NCBI GenBank assembly: GCA_951406725.2
Contig: OX597831.1
Coordinates: forward strand, 5,890,001 to 5,954,000
Source: Octopus vulgaris
Lineage: Eukaryota
Direction: 5' to 3'
Length of the DNA stretch: 64,000 bases
The notes beneath the pieces were generated by a model, which had not been told where the DNA came from, made no database searches, and worked only from the letters and a program-made list of their open reading frames with translations. Both the position numbers and the translations under genes were made by a program. Positions 41,087 through 55,856 of this stretch are shown here, in pieces; the first letter of the stretch is position 1; each line of letters opens with the position of its first letter.

Positions 41087-43110
41087 TAAGAAATTAAAGA
41101 AGGAAAATGCACATACGTTACATAGTTGTAATATAATTTTTAATATATCTTATATTGTGTTTGTCGACCGGTTTCGCTTTCGCTAATCATGACATTAAAA
41201 TTTATTTAAATATATATTTTCTTAAGGAAAATATTTTCGTTCATGTTGTGTGTGGAGTTTATGAAACCGTTGCTGAAATACATCAAAAGTTTCATTAGAG
41301 ATGATTTAGACATGCTAGAGTACCTACCGAAAACAATTAATGAAGAGGCATTATTGGTTTCCTTCGATGTTATTAATCTTTACACCGACATCCCACATGA
41401 CTATGGAATAAAAGCAATCAAATTCTGGTTGGAAAAGTATCTCGAAGTATTTCCGGAATGCATAAATCAGGTCTTTGTTATTGAATCTTTAAAATTTATA
41501 CTTCATTACAATTATTTCCTATTTGATGACACATACTATTGTCAAAGATGCGAAATTGTGATGGGAACGAAAGCAGCCCATGTTCCTGCGAACCTGGTAA
41601 TGGGTCATTTTGAATTCACCATATATTAAGTGTCACTGCAAAAATATGGTTATCTATTTCACCATTACTTAAGAGAAAACTGGAAAAGATACCTGGATAA
41701 CTATTTTATCATTTGGAAGGACACCACTGATAATTTTTCGGAATTCAAATCAACACTAAATGATATAAACAGTAACATTCAATTCACAATGGAATATAGC
41801 AAAGAACAGCTCCCATTTTTGGATATTATGATTAAAAAAAGTCAACAACCAAATTATAACTGACATCTATCATAAATCAACGGACTCGAAGTAATATCTC
41901 CTTTTTAGCTCGTGCCACCCGAAACACATGGAAATAGATATCCCCTTTAATTTAGTAAAAAGGTTTTGCATAATAGTGTCTGACAGAGCTTTTTCTTCAA
42001 GACTTCAAAACAACACTAACTGAAAGACAATATCCACCTCCACTTATAGACGATGGAATTAAGCGTGCCAAGAGATTAGACATAAAACACTAAGGATGAC
42101 AAAACATAACACCACACCTCACCTCAAAACACTATTGTATATATCAACTCACAACCCTAGAAGTAATGAGGCATACAACACTATTGTGCAAAATCTTCCT
42201 TTGCTAAATAAGGACCCAAAAATGAACAACAACCTGAAAACACATAAATCCATCAAATGCAAAAAGCAACGCAAATCTCTAAGAAATGCAAAGCTTTACA
42301 CAACAAACACGAAACCAACGGTTAAGAAATGTGGACGCCCAAACTGTGGAAAATGTCCCAACCTACCTGAAGGCTGGGATGTCCTTTTCAAACAAAGAGA
42401 GAGGTTCACAATTAAAACCAACTTCACTTGTGCCTCTGAAATCCTAATTTATGTAATAACCTGCTCGGGTTGTGGACATCACTATATAGGACAGGTGAGT
42501 ATGACATTGAGACGGAGAACCACTCTACATAAAGAGCAGATCCGGTTCCCGCAATATCGACATATTCTTTTAAGTGAACACATAGAGAGATTTACAAGTA
42601 ACATTAAATCAAATTTCACAGCTTTCCCCTTCTATCAGTGCAAAGATAGTATTTCTATACAAGAACGTTTAAATAAAGAAAATTTATTCATCGAAAAATA
42701 CAGAACACATCTAAATATGCACGCATAACCAACTTTGATCTCTATATATATTTTAATTCACGATTTCATACCCATCACTATACATATTTCTCCCCACTAC
42801 TCTAGTTTTTGAATGTTTGTATATATATATATATTCCCCCACCGAAAGATGAACAATTATCTCCCCTCTCCACAACAATAATGATAATCAATTACCTCCC
42901 CTTAGATTTTTCTACTTGTTGAATCGTTTATTCATAAACTGCAAACACAACATGGACAAAAATATTTTTTCCTAAGAAAATATATGCCTAAATAAATTTT
43001 GATGTCATGATTAACGAAACCGAAACCTGTAGACAAACACAATATAAGTTATATCAAAAATTATATTAAAACTATGTAAAGTGTGTGCATTTTCCTTCTT
43101 TAATTTCTTA
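41087..43110 (+). mobile_element. 5'-truncated Penelope-like retroelement (RT + GIY-YIG endonuclease) flanked by inverted pseudo-LTRs
   Basis: Disrupted ORF 41266-42728 with RT motifs (SFDVINLYT, MGTK, RYLDN, LPFLDI, YLLFSSCHPKH) and a Cys-rich linker plus GIY-YIG (CGRPNCGKC, FTC...IYVITC..C...YIGQ). ~180-bp inverted repeats at 41087-41265 and 42931-43110. Confidence 0.9.
41162..41194 (-). ncRNA. Minimal type I hammerhead-like motif with variant core (inverted pLTR copy; sense copy at 43003-43035)
   Basis: Minus strand TGTC-ATGATTA-GC-GAAA-GC-GAAAC-CG-GTC-GACA: stem I TGTC/GACA, 2-bp stem II, palindromic stem III. Core reads ATGATTA instead of CTGANGA. Confidence 0.6.
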
Positions 43111-45479
43111 CACACACACACACACACACATACATACACACACACACACACGCACATATACCAATGATTAAGTAATGTACAAAATAAAAAATGATTATAT
43201 ACTTATATATATAATTACATAATTATATATATATAATTATATACTTTTTATTTATTATTTTGTACATTACTTAATCGTTGGTATATGTTTTTGTCTTCTA
43301 TTTAATTTTTTTCTGTATGGTATAATTTAATTATTTCATTGTTGAATTGATAAAAGGTGGTTTTGTGCTAATTTATATACATATACATACATACATACAT
43401 ACATACATACATACATACATACATACATACACACATACATACATACATACACACATACATACATACATACATACATACATACATACATACATACATACAT
43501 ACACATATACATACACACACACATACATACATACATACACACATACATACATGCATACACACACACATACATACATACATACATACATACATACATACAT
43601 ACATACATACATACATACATACATACATACATACATACATGCATGCATGCATGTGTGTATTTATTTCAGTTTCCATCCACCAAATCTGCTCACAAGGCTT
43701 TAGGCTATAGCAGAAGACATTTGCTGAAGGTGCCACGCAGTGGGACTGAACCCGGAACAATGTGGTTGGGAAGGAAGAATAAACAATGTTGAGAAAATTT
43801 TGTACAACAACCAAATCGATCAGAAACTAATGGAAAAATAATGACGACCTAACGAAGCCGGACGCAATATGGAAATCGAACATTACTTATCAGACAACAC
43901 CCAATCTGATGCATTTAACGACTTGCCAACGAATTATAATTTAGATTAACGAGATGCGATAATGAAATAGACTAACAATAAAACAAAATACTGTTGTATA
44001 CTGGGAGAGTCATTACATACACACTCATTCAATTTAGCATCTTTGTTACTAAATTGGTTAGTTGTTTAGCCAACTAACTAATCGATTGCTCGGTTCGGTT
44101 AATCAATAAATCAATCGTCTGACGATTAGTAAACTGGTTAAATAATTAACCAATTGATTGATAATTTAGAAGTGAGACAGAACCAGGACGTGTGTTTATT
44201 ATTGGCGTGATGAACCTCCCAAGATACAAAATCTGTTTCACGTGAGTTGACACCAAGAATCTTGCAAAGCAAATACAAAAACGGAATAAAAATATACAAC
44301 ACCATAATGTGATATTTAGTTACTTGCCAATAAGAATAACACACACACACTCACACACACACACAAACACAAACACACACACACAAACACAAACACGCAC
44401 ACACGCGCGCTAAAGAGACTGCTGTGGTCGAATTTAATCTTAAAATGTTTCCATATCTCTTGATGAGTTCTTTATGATAGTTTTCAATGGCGTTCCTAAA
44501 TCCATTAGGATTAACTCCATCGGTCAATTCACGTCTCAAGCCCTTCTCTGCTTCGTCATCACTGTGCAGTTGCCACTTTGGGAATACTGCTGTAACCGTC
44601 AAAGTCCGGCTTAAAAACTATGCAACGGCCAAGTCCTAGTAAATTTTATTGTTTATTTTACGTATGCGTCTGTAAATTTTGTGTTTGCATTTTGCTATTA
44701 GCATAGTTTCCATAGTTATTCTTCTCGCTTGTTGCTGTTGTTGTTGTCGTCGTCGTTATTGTTGAATTTGATATACATCAGTCGTGTTGTCATATAATAA
44801 TTTTCTAATATTTCGTGCATTGAATTTGTAACGATATTTATGATTAGGCACACAATATTATGAAATGTCGGAGTCAGCATTTGTAACGATAAAATTTTGT
44901 TGTTATAATTGCATACTGTAGGAAGTGAAAGATGAACAATGCATGAAGTTTTTAAGGAAATATTTATTTACCGTTACGTTACAATACCTTGCCTCGACGG
45001 GCAGGTTATGATATATCCAAAAGCATGCGAAGTAAAGTTTATGCTTGTGTTCTCTTTATTGTTTAGTAGTGACTTCAGAGAGAGATAGAATGATGTTGTA
45101 AGAGAACAGTGAGAGTTGTAGGGTGTGGGACGTTGTCTCACAGTTGCTGACAGTAAACTTAATTTCTCCCTCTGACCAAGGTTCTAGCTGGTCAGCCAGA
45201 CTTCGTTGAGTCGTCACCATGTGACTGGACTCGTTGAGTCGTCACCGACTGTGACTAACTGATGTTTGTTTGGGATGTTCTTGCTTTTATAACTATCCAG
45301 AAGGATAGATATATCATTGAGAACAATAGATTTAGTTGGTGGTCTTGTTATCTCTATTCTAGCTTTTGGTGAAGTAGAAGGTGTTAGAAACGGTCAAGTG
45401 GTGAAGACATTATTTCGGCCTAGCTAAAGGCAACTGGAAAATGTAAAACTGCTGTCATTCGAGTAATATATTTTCAAGT

Positions 45480-46163
45480 TCTTGAAATCGTTTCTCCTTG
45501 ATTCCAGGATTAGATACAGTTGTATAGATTCTTCTTGCCAGATTAAAAAGTATATTTATTTTCGTATGTTTGGGATGGCAGGAAGAAAATAGCAGGTATT
45601 GTGTTGGGTGTTTTGGTTTGAAGTATATGTCAGTTTCGATGTTCCTTATATATTTTTATGATTAAGATATCCAAAACAAATGATTGTTTTCGTCTTATAT
45701 TCCAATGGGAATTGGACACTATGTTTCATGATATTAATCAGGGTTTCAAAATCAGACAGCTGATCCAGTCAGTGTGTCCATTAGATGAAACAATCGGCTT
45801 ATATTGGGATTCGAAATCCGGATCAATCCTGCAAAATCGACGAAGCCGAAGAAATTGGGAAAACGACAGAACAGATTTAGGGTGTTTGGGATAACAGGGA
45901 AAATAGTGAAGAAAGAAAAGGAGTCGGTAGGCTTGCGGTAGGCGAGAGGGATTAGGGGGCTGGTGGATATTGTTAATAGTGATAGAGATATGGAGAATAG
46001 TAACGGAGATGTCGGATACGGTGGGGGAAAATTCCAAGGCAGGAGGAAAAGAGTTAATAAAAGTGATGACCTTACCGATCTGTTGTGTGGGGAGGATGGT
46101 TGCACCAACACAGTTATCTATGGAATCGTTCGATCTGCTAAAAATAGCAGCGAAATTCTTCAA
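45480..46163 (-). mobile_element. Two adjacent decayed PLE reverse-transcriptase fragments
   Basis: IETDIYFKP...QYLLFSSCHPKHTKINILFNLARRI (45480-45740, similar to the 41.9-kb element) and FINSFPPALEF...RKPTDS...FSQFLRLRRFC (45800-46160). Confidence 0.7.
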
Positions 46164-47360
46164 AACCTCTTCATCTTAGAAAAAAGAAAGATACATTGAT
46201 GCAGGTATAACTGTGTGGTTAAGAAGCTAACTCTGCAACTATATGGCTTGGGGTTCAATCCCACTGCGTGGTACCCAAGGCAGATGTCTTCTACTATGGC
46301 CCTTGGAAATGAATTTAGCAGATGGAAACTGTATAGAAGCCCGTCATATGTGCGAGTGTATGTATGTGTGTGTATGTACATTTATCAATCGGTGTTTGTT
46401 TGTTTACGTCCCCCGTAACTTAGCAGTTCTGCAAAAGAGAACGATAAAATAAATACCAGACGTTATAAAAGTAAGTAGCAGAGCCGATTTATTCGACTAA
46501 AACTCTCCAGTTTGGCCGCAGACCAATTGATTGAAATAAATAAAAGATGAACGTGACTGTGTGGTAAGTAGCTTGCTTACCAACCACATGGTTCCGGGTT
46601 CAGTTCCACTGCGTGGCATCTTGGGCAAGTGTCTTCTAGTATAGCCTCGGGCCAACCAAAGCCTTGTAAGTGGATTTGGTAGACGAAAACTGAAAGAAGC
46701 CCGTCGTATATATGTATATATATATATGTATGTGTGTCTGTTTGTGTGTCCGTGTTTGCCCCCATAGCATTGCTTGACAGCCGATGCTGGTGTGTTTACA
46801 TCCCCGTCACTTAGCGATTCGGCAAAAGAAACCGATAGAATTAAGTACTAGGCTTACAAAGAATAAGTCCCGGCGTCGATTTGCTCGACTAAAGGCGGTG
46901 CTACAGCATGGCCGCAGTCAAATGACTGAAACAAGTAAAAGTGTAAACAAGTAATACTGTTCAATCAGACAGAATTAGGATCAAACAACAACAAATCTAC
47001 CTAATCCCCTTCAGGCGCCTTTTTCTGATTATTATGTTTCGTGGGTGGGTCCGTATGTGATTATACTTTCCCCGACTGGAAAAAAATATGTAATATTATT
47101 ACTTTTTGTATCGTCATTATCACCATTATTTCTGCAATTACGTATTAAAAGTAATCAAGATTTTCGTAAAATTAATTAATCTCTGTTAATTAATTAAGCT
47201 TCAGTTTTATGGATGGTTTACAGTTTAAACTTGAATCGATGAAATCGAAAGAAAAACAAACGAACAGATTTCTAAAAATTAATGGAATTTTTAGTTTGGC
47301 TCTTGTCTGCAACAGATGTTTCATTTGATTGTCCGCTTATCACAGTCAGCTGACCGAAGA

Positions 47361-47429
<69 letters not shown>

Positions 47430-47686
47430 AGTAGTAGTAGTAGTAGTAGTGTTGGTGGTGGTGTTGGTAGTAGTAGTAGTAGTGTTGGTGGTGGTGTTGG
47501 TGGTAGTAGTAGTAGTGTTGGTGGTGGTGGTGGTGGTAGTGGTAGTAGTAGTAGTAGTGGTGGTGATGGTGGTAGTAATGATGGATGTCGTAGTAGTGGT
47601 GGTGATGTGTATACTAGTAATAGTAGTAGTAGTAGTTGCAGTGATGGTGGTGATAGTAGTAGTAGTAGTAGCAGTGGTGGTGGTGA

Positions 47687-47717
<31 letters not shown>

Positions 47718-47727
47718 CGTGGTTGTG

Positions 47728-47780
<53 letters not shown>

Positions 47781-47866
47781 GGTGTTGGTGGTGGTGTTGG
47801 TGGTGGTGGTGGTAGTGGTGGTAGTAGTAGTACTAGTAGTAGTAGCAGCAGCAGCAGCATTGCCAT

Positions 47867-47909
<43 letters not shown>

Positions 47910-47943
47910 GGTGTTGGTGGTGGTGTTGGTGGTGTTGGTGGTA

Positions 47944-47976
<33 letters not shown>

Positions 47977-47998
47977 GCAGCAGCAGCAGCATTGCCAT

Positions 47999-48038
<40 letters not shown>

Positions 48039-48060
48039 GGTGGTGGTGGTGGTGGTGGTA

Positions 48061-48097
<37 letters not shown>

Positions 48098-48118
48098 CAG
48101 CAGCAGCAGCATTGCCAT

Positions 48119-48158
<40 letters not shown>

Positions 48159-48183
48159 GGTGGTGGTGGTGGTGGTGGTGGTG

Positions 48184-48217
<34 letters not shown>

Positions 48218-48232
48218 CAGCAGCAGCAGCAT

Positions 48233-48278
<46 letters not shown>

Positions 48279-48460
48279 CGTCGTCGTCGTCGTCGTGGTT
48301 GTGGTAGTAGTAGTAGTGGTGGTGGTGGTGGTGGTGGTGGTGGTAGTAACAGCAGCAACAGTAGAGATTGTTCTTGTATATTGATTGTTGCTGTCGTTGC
48401 TGTTGTGGTGGCCGTCGTCGTCGTCGTCGTCGTCGTCGTAGTCTCTGTTGTTGTTGTTAT
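47361..48460. repeat. Compound (GTA)n/(GGT)n/(GCA)n trinucleotide array with ~120-bp higher-order repeats
   Basis: GCAGCAGCATTGCCATTAGT recurs at ~47851, ~47983 and ~48103. Confidence 0.95.
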
Positions 48461-49349
48461 TGATTCGACTCCTTAACTCCAGAGAAGAACCGACGAGAAG
48501 TACGCAGAGACGCGCTCTGCATGAAAATCAAATGCTAAAGTTGCTGTGAAGATACTTAATGGTGCAAAACGAAGAAGCTTCTTTAATTTATTAAAATCTC
48601 ACGCGTAGCGAGAGGAAGTAATCATTAGATTAATTATTAATTCTGATTAAGAAAGCCAGGGGAAACAACTCTGAAATCTTAATTAATTAAAAATATTTAA
48701 AAAATAGAATGTGTTCCATGCAGTAGGAAATGTGCCTGACTTTGATAGAGAGGGGAGAAAACTCCAAGCATATTTCGGTTTTATTAGACCTCTTCAGTGA
48801 GGTATAAACTTTACTAGTGTTGTTAAATGAAAATGAAGATGTATCTTCTTTTACTTGTTTCAGTCATTAGATTGCGGCCATGCTGGAGTACTACCTTGAA
48901 GGGTTTTAGTCAAACGGATCAACCCTAATGTTTCTTTTCCTTTTTGAAGTTTGGTATTTATTCTATCAGTAACGTTTGTCGAACCGCTAATTCACAGAGA
49001 TGTAAAAGAGAAAATTCAACATCGATCATTAAGCAGATTTCGGGGTGGACTGAACAAACACACATAAACACACAGACATACATAAACACACACACACACA
49101 CACACACACATACAAGTATATATATACTTTTTATTTGTTTCGGTCATTTGACTGCGGTCATGCTGGAGTACCGTCTAGAAGTATTTTTGTCGAGCAATTC
49201 GACCTCACCACTTATTTTTTAAGCCCAGCGCTTATTCCATCGATCTCTTTGCCGAACCGCTAGTTTACAAGGAAGTAAATACACTAACACCGGTTGTCAA
49301 GTGGTAATAGGGAACAAAACACACACACACACATAGATAGACTGACAAG

Positions 49350-49397
<48 letters not shown>

Positions 49398-49430
49398 TAG
49401 ACAGACAGACAGACAGACAGATAGACAGAC

Positions 49431-49523
<93 letters not shown>

Positions 49524-50188
49524 ACGAGCTTCTTTCAGTTTCCGTCAACTCAATCCACTTACAAAGCTTTGCTCGGCCCGAGGTGCTCCGCTTTGGGACT
49601 GAACCCGGAACTATGTGACCGAGATACAAGTTTCTTGCCGCGCAGCCACGCCTGCGCCAATATACGACGGGCTTCTTCCCTATTTCCATCTACCAAATTC
49701 ATATGCAAAGCATTGGTGACACCGGAGCTACCGTAGAATACACTTGCTCGAGGTGCCGCGCTGTGGCACTGAACCCGAAACCATGTTGTTGCAAAATGAG
49801 GTTCTTGACCTCACAGCTATCTTTTTTAGACTGCGGCCATGCTGGGACACCGCCTTCAAGAATTTTTAGACGAATGAATCGATCCCGGTATTTTTTTTTA
49901 AGCTTGGCACTTACTCTGTCGATCACTTTTGTCGAACCGCTAAGTTACGATGACCTAAACACACCAGCACCGGTTGTCAGGCACTGGTAGGGGACAAACA
50001 CAGACACAGACACACACACGCACTCACGCAAACACACACATATTCATGCATACATACATACATACATACATACATACATACACAGACACAGACACAGACA
50101 CACACACATATATATATAGCCTGTCGTGTGTGTGTGTTTATATATATATATATGCACACACACACATACATATATATATGTCTGTGTG

Positions 50189-50268
<80 letters not shown>

Positions 50269-50269
50269 T

Positions 50270-50320
<51 letters not shown>

Positions 50321-50375
50321 TACATATATATATATATACATATATATATAGAGATAGATATACATACATACATAC

Positions 50376-50412
<37 letters not shown>

Positions 50413-51028
50413 GGAGGCTTCTTTCAGTTTCCGTCTGCCAAAACCACTCACAAGGCTTTAGTTGGACCGACGTTATAATAGAAAACACTTGCCCAAGGTG
50501 TCACGCAGTGGAACTCAACCCGGAACCATGCGAGATTTCCATTTTTCCCCCGTTTTTCGCAAATGAACACCGAGTGGTGTTATAACATCGACGAATTATT
50601 TGGGGAGAAAATATAACCGAATAAAAGGTCCTTCGTTGGTTAGTGTTGTCCTTATATTTATGACAGGAAGGTGTATTTGATACCAGGAGTAAAGAAGACG
50701 GCTTTTTCCAGCTTAATATTGATTCTTGTTGAGACTAATCCTGTAACACTATGTGAAATAATTGATTTCGTTTGCTGTATTCAGACAAGCATTCGTTGTT
50801 ATAAATAATATTGTGAATAATACACGTTGCACGAAGATCTGATAAAATCCTGGAGAATCACAAATATTATAAAATAAGTTAAGGCGGCGAGCTGGCATAA
50901 TTGTTACCGCGCCGGACAAAATGCTAGGTGACATTTCTTTCGTTGAGTGAAACAAGGATAAGGATAAGGATCTGTAGCGAACGCTTAGTGAAATTCTCTC
51001 TCTTTCTCTCCCTCTCTCTCTCTCTCTA

Positions 51029-51068
<40 letters not shown>

Positions 51069-53910
51069 TATTATATATAATATAAATACGGGCGTAGCAG
51101 ATAACAGCTAACCTTCGGTCGTTTGGACCCTGTTGTGTCCACTACTCTGGTTGGTTGGTATTGGCACAATTTGTCTCCTGCTTTATTAGGCGCCAATGTG
51201 CAACCCAACTAATATCAACCTTCTGATAAGGTCCCGTGGCCCAGTCTTCTAAATCTCCCTTTGGAGCCTCCTAGATCAACAAAACCTTCTAAGGTCTAAC
51301 CACTGACCACAGAGCACACAGCCAGTTCCAGCGACAACACCAACACCTTTCACTTAACATTCTACGGTTGTGTCGTCTTCCTTTTTTGCTTCTGGCGCTT
51401 GTACTCATTTATCCATTTTTGCCTTTATTGTAAGCGACCGTGCGAGTCATTCATTCGTCACCTCTCCCTTCGCAATATCGTTCTACAGATCGCTTCTATT
51501 CTTCAGTAGAGTATTGGAGACTCTTCGCTGTCAATGTGTTCGCAGATCGGATCTTTCTGGTCGGAGACTGAATATATAATCGTGCAATTTGTTAATTGGC
51601 GGTAGTGGTAGTGGTGGTGGTGGGGTATGGGAAGCGAGATAGTCGAAACTAAAGCTTCTGGATTTCCGGGGACTCTTCACGCCGCGGTGATGGCGCGTGG
51701 TCTATTGTTTTAAGGATCAAACGATAATCATACATAAGATTATTCAATAGCTGCTTCATTGTTTTCAGTCGTTTTGTTAAAGACAATCCTTAATCTCTGC
51801 AGATTAAGAGAAAAAAAAAATTTTTTTTTTTTTTTTGATGAAGTGGATGCTTCAATAATCACGGGTTTGGATTCGAAATAGGAATTAGGAGATTGTTCAA
51901 ATAAAATAATAGACATTCTTTCATACAATTTCTTTCGGTCTTTTTGCTTTATTAGTTTCTAAATTCGGCAAATTTAAAAATGAATCAAGTGGATTTCAGA
52001 TTCAAAAAAAATAATTAATTTAAATATTTAATCATTGCAATCTCGTTTTCTTAAGCTTCTGGACAACGAGGTGATCGAACCTCGCAAGCTGTATTTGAAG
52101 GATTTTTATTTTCCTAGCGTTAACATAGGATAAAATAATCCTGTCCGATACCAAGGCTGAGCCATCGGCGTAATCCGGATCTGTGATTGTAAAAGCTCGG
52201 TATTTGGAACTTCCTTTTGTTGGGATCTACTTAAGTGCAAAGAAAGGATCAAGATAAAGTAAGAATGGAAAATGGACAAGCGTATCTCCTTGTAAAACAA
52301 CACGAAGAATGAAATAATTCTGTGTTTCCTTCAGGTAAATCTACCTTTTATCAAGTCTTTTTGTAGAGCATCATTATTACACCTATTATTTCTTGAGGGA
52401 TTTCAGAAGCTTGTAGAATTTGTAGCATCTTAAAATTCACCAGTAACAGAATGGCAGGAAGCCCTTTTTTTGCCCCAATGTCATCTATAATTCATCTGAG
52501 AGTTAATATTTACCCAGTTGTCGAATGATTCTTTCAGAATTTATTCTGGTTTCTAATAAAAACTCTTAATGGGTTCCGGCCATATATGGTGGTCGTATAT
52601 CATTATGTCATCATTCTTTACAACAACAGCTGTTAAAGAAATACTCCGATAATTCCGTCCAAAGTCTAAATCACTTTTTATAGGGAAAAAGATCCATTTA
52701 CTGGATGGGTTACGATCGTAGATAGAGTTGCGCAGTTGGAAAAGTACAGCAGTAAATACTCCAGCTTTCCGGAGCCGCGTGGCGGTATGTTACCTCAGAC
52801 AGGAACTCTTTCTGTTTTCGATTTTAGTCAGAGCTTCTGTCAATTTATAAGCTTAACTTATCAAGTTTGATATTCAGTTTGTGTTTTATGATTGTTACTA
52901 AAGATTATTGCCGCTGACTGATGTTTTCCCCAAAAAATTCCGACTTTATTAAGATTGCCTCATTAATTCGGATTAATTTGGTGCGCGAGCAAAACTGAAG
53001 TTTATTTACATTAAATTAAAAGAAGTAGTTACTAAATACATCGGAAACCACACACGGCGCATTGAGGTTTTGTATGCGTTCCTTTAATTATTATTTTGAC
53101 TTTTAAAAAAAATTTATTGTTGATCTTCATGAAAGACTGTCTTCCATTTGCCGATCGTTGATCGATCACGACTGCTTTTAACTGAAAAACAAATCAACCA
53201 CATCTGGATATATTTACTCTAATCCAGTCAATTACAGGAAGTTTTAGTAATGATTATCCGTTTATAGATTGTCTTCTGATGTGGCCACACTTCTTGACTG
53301 GTAGCAAACCTCCGTTCATTAACAATTATAACGCTAACAACGTAGATGACACATTATGCGGCAAAAAGAGATTACCAATCAGTCTGTAGCTAAAAGATTG
53401 TTCGAGATACTATACGGGGTCTGATCAAAACGTATCGGGACTGGTGCTTTGAAAAGAAAACTATAAAAAGAAAACTGCAACACGTATTAATTCGGCATTC
53501 AGTCTCCTTCGAACTGGTTCCCTTTTGAAGTCACAGACTTTATCCGGCGTCGTTTCCGTGGATAGCAGCATCCCTGAAACACCGTTTTTTAGAACAGCGA
53601 GCAGTTTTCTCCTCGCATTTTCTTGGATATCCTCTCGATGTCTTGAAATCTTGTTGGGGATCTTCCACTATGAAGATTGAGGCTTGGTTTTGGGGTCGAC
53701 CATTTTCAGAAAGTTTTCCACTTCCTCAACATAATCAATAAGATCCTGCGCAGCTGAAACCCGATCTGCTTTTCAAATGTTGTGATCTCAGTCAATAAAA
53801 CGGCATGGAAATTGGATAACCAGCTTTATGAGCGCTTGGGCTCAAGAATAATAAAGGTTGTTCCGTTGATCGAATCAACTGAACACTTTTCGTTGTAACC
53901 GACGGAGAGC

Positions 53911-54036
53911 CGGGCCAGACCAGGCCAGATCAGGCCAGACCAGGCCAGACCAGGCCGGACCAGGCCGGACCAGGCCGGACCAGGCCGGACCAGGCCGGAC
54001 CAGGCCGGACCAGGCCGGACCAGGCCGGGCCAGGCC
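53911..54036. repeat. 10-bp minisatellite (CAGGCCGGAC)n
   Basis: About 12 tandem copies. Confidence 0.95.
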
Positions 54037-55589
54037 GTTCAGCAATGGATGCAGGAACCACCACCTTTACCGCACAATTAAGGACTTGAGATGCAGCAAA
54101 GGAGTTCCTCGCAGAAAAAGAGTCTCTCAAAGGATAGGAACCCCTCACAGCAAAGAGCCCTTCGTATGTAACATCTACCTGTAACCTAGGGTCAAATAAA
54201 GAGTACATGGGTTTCTTCCCACCATCCTTACACAAAGTGTTCAGAAGATATTAAACCTTGATTAGGGATCGTTTAATCATCAAGTTTACTCGTACCTTGT
54301 TGCGGCGCCCAATGCAATCTGCATTCTGTCGACATAATATTCTATAAAGATCTCTCGAAAAGAACTCTATACAATTACATTTCCATTCTACACTTACATC
54401 AGCTCTGACTCTGAGGACGATAGAAGTATGGAGCTCATCCGAGCTAAGTTAGTCACTGATGTTCATCACAGACAAAGCTTCAAATCAATATTTATCACAT
54501 TGATCAAAACGAGAATTGAGACAGTGTGTTTTGTATGACTATAAACTGTTCCAACTTCTCTGAGTCAATTTGTCCGGCTCGGGAACCAATAATCCAATTC
54601 CCTTCACAGCTGTAATATTTCATCCACTTTCCTCTCTGAGTTTGACTCTGTTAGAAAAGACAAAGTGTTGCCAATCAAAGGGAAACAAGCATGAATGAAA
54701 GAAAGCAGGAGAGTGATAAATATAGACTTCTATGTAGACCCAGACTCCTTAAATTTTCAAGGCTATGCTACCCGGAGAAGGACTACTTAAAGGAGTTTAT
54801 CATTGACCAAGCTTTTGAGTTTCTCGTGTATTATAATGTGAAAGAGCTGTTGAGATGGCAAGAACCTGTGCAGGAGACATACACTCAGGTCGTAAAGTAA
54901 CTTCGTGAATAGGTAAAGAATTTATAAGAATAAGAATTTTTTAAAAAAGTGAAGCTGTTGCACAATTAGACCGATGTTCTTGCGTGAGTGTTTGAGCTTT
55001 TGACATCTCAGAAAAGTGAGTTCGAAAACAAGATTGGAAATGGGGTTCTGAGAGAAAACCATGCTGGTGGGGAAAAAGATAAAGAAGAAGAAGAAGAAGA
55101 AGAAGACGAAGAAGAAGAAGAAGAAGAAGAAGAAGAAGAAGAAGAAGAAGAAGAAGAAGAAGAAGAAGAAGAAGAAGAAGAAGGAGGAGGAGGAGGAGGA
55201 GGAGGAGGAGGAGAAGAAGAATTCAGTAAATAGCCTAATGTAGCACAAAGATGGATGGTTGGGTAACCAAAGTTCAAATTTGAAACCATTTACTTGGACT
55301 CGCGGTCGGAAGATCGCGGTTTCGATTCCCAGGCCGGGCGTTGTGTGTGTTTATTGAGCGAAAACACCTAAAGCTCCACGAGGCTCTGGCAGGGGTAGGT
55401 GGTGACCCCTGTTGTACTTTTTCGCTCCAACTTTCTCTCACTTTTTCTTCCTGTTTCTTGGGTAACGCTGCGATGGACTGGCTTCCCGTCCAGCTGGGGG
55501 GAACACATATGCCATAGAAACCGGGAAACTGGGCCCATGAGCCTGGCTAGGCTTGAAAAGGGCGCATAAATAAATAAAACATAATTTAA

Positions 55590-55800
55590 CAGTAGGGAAA
55601 CCAGTTCAGTCACGAAGATATCTACGTCTACCTTATGTAGGTATCTCAAAACCTTCAAAAGGATATTAAAGAGCTGTGGGCCCTTGAATCTCATACTATT
55701 ACAGTATCTAATCCTGTATTTTGATGGCAAGGGTGGGATCTTTGGCACAATACGATGGCACCTGGTCCTTGTGTTAGTGTAACTTTCAACGTCAAAGTCT
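55590..55800 (-). mobile_element. CR1/L2-like LINE 3' coding remnant
   Basis: NSMRFKGPQLFNILLKVLRYLHKVDVDIFVTEL resembles the GP.LFN.LP..R....FK..LD C-terminal motif. Confidence 0.6.
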
Positions 55801-55856
55801 GGGATAAGAGCAAACGAAAAAGAAAATATCTGTCCTATCGACGCATTTAGAATTTC

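Noticed and set aside
44915-45410. Possible solo LTR (TG...CA, TATA-like and polyA-like signals on the minus strand)
   Set aside because: No target-site duplication or second copy found to define its ends.
47316-48476. 386-aa Ser/Gly-rich ORF (also poly-Val and poly-Leu/Pro frames)
   Set aside because: Pure trinucleotide array open in several frames on both strands, with no codon diversity or convincing splice context.
48765-48800. Minus-strand CTGAAGA-GGT..ACC-GAAAT hammerhead-like core
   Set aside because: Stem I and the cleavage triplet cannot be formed; at best a decayed remnant.
54050-54700. Possible LINE ORF1 remnant on the minus strand (VDVTYEG motif)
   Set aside because: Too degraded; the zinc-knuckle residues are not recoverable by eye.
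54988-55243. Poly-Glu/poly-Lys ORFs
   Set aside because: (GAA)n/(GGA)n microsatellite.
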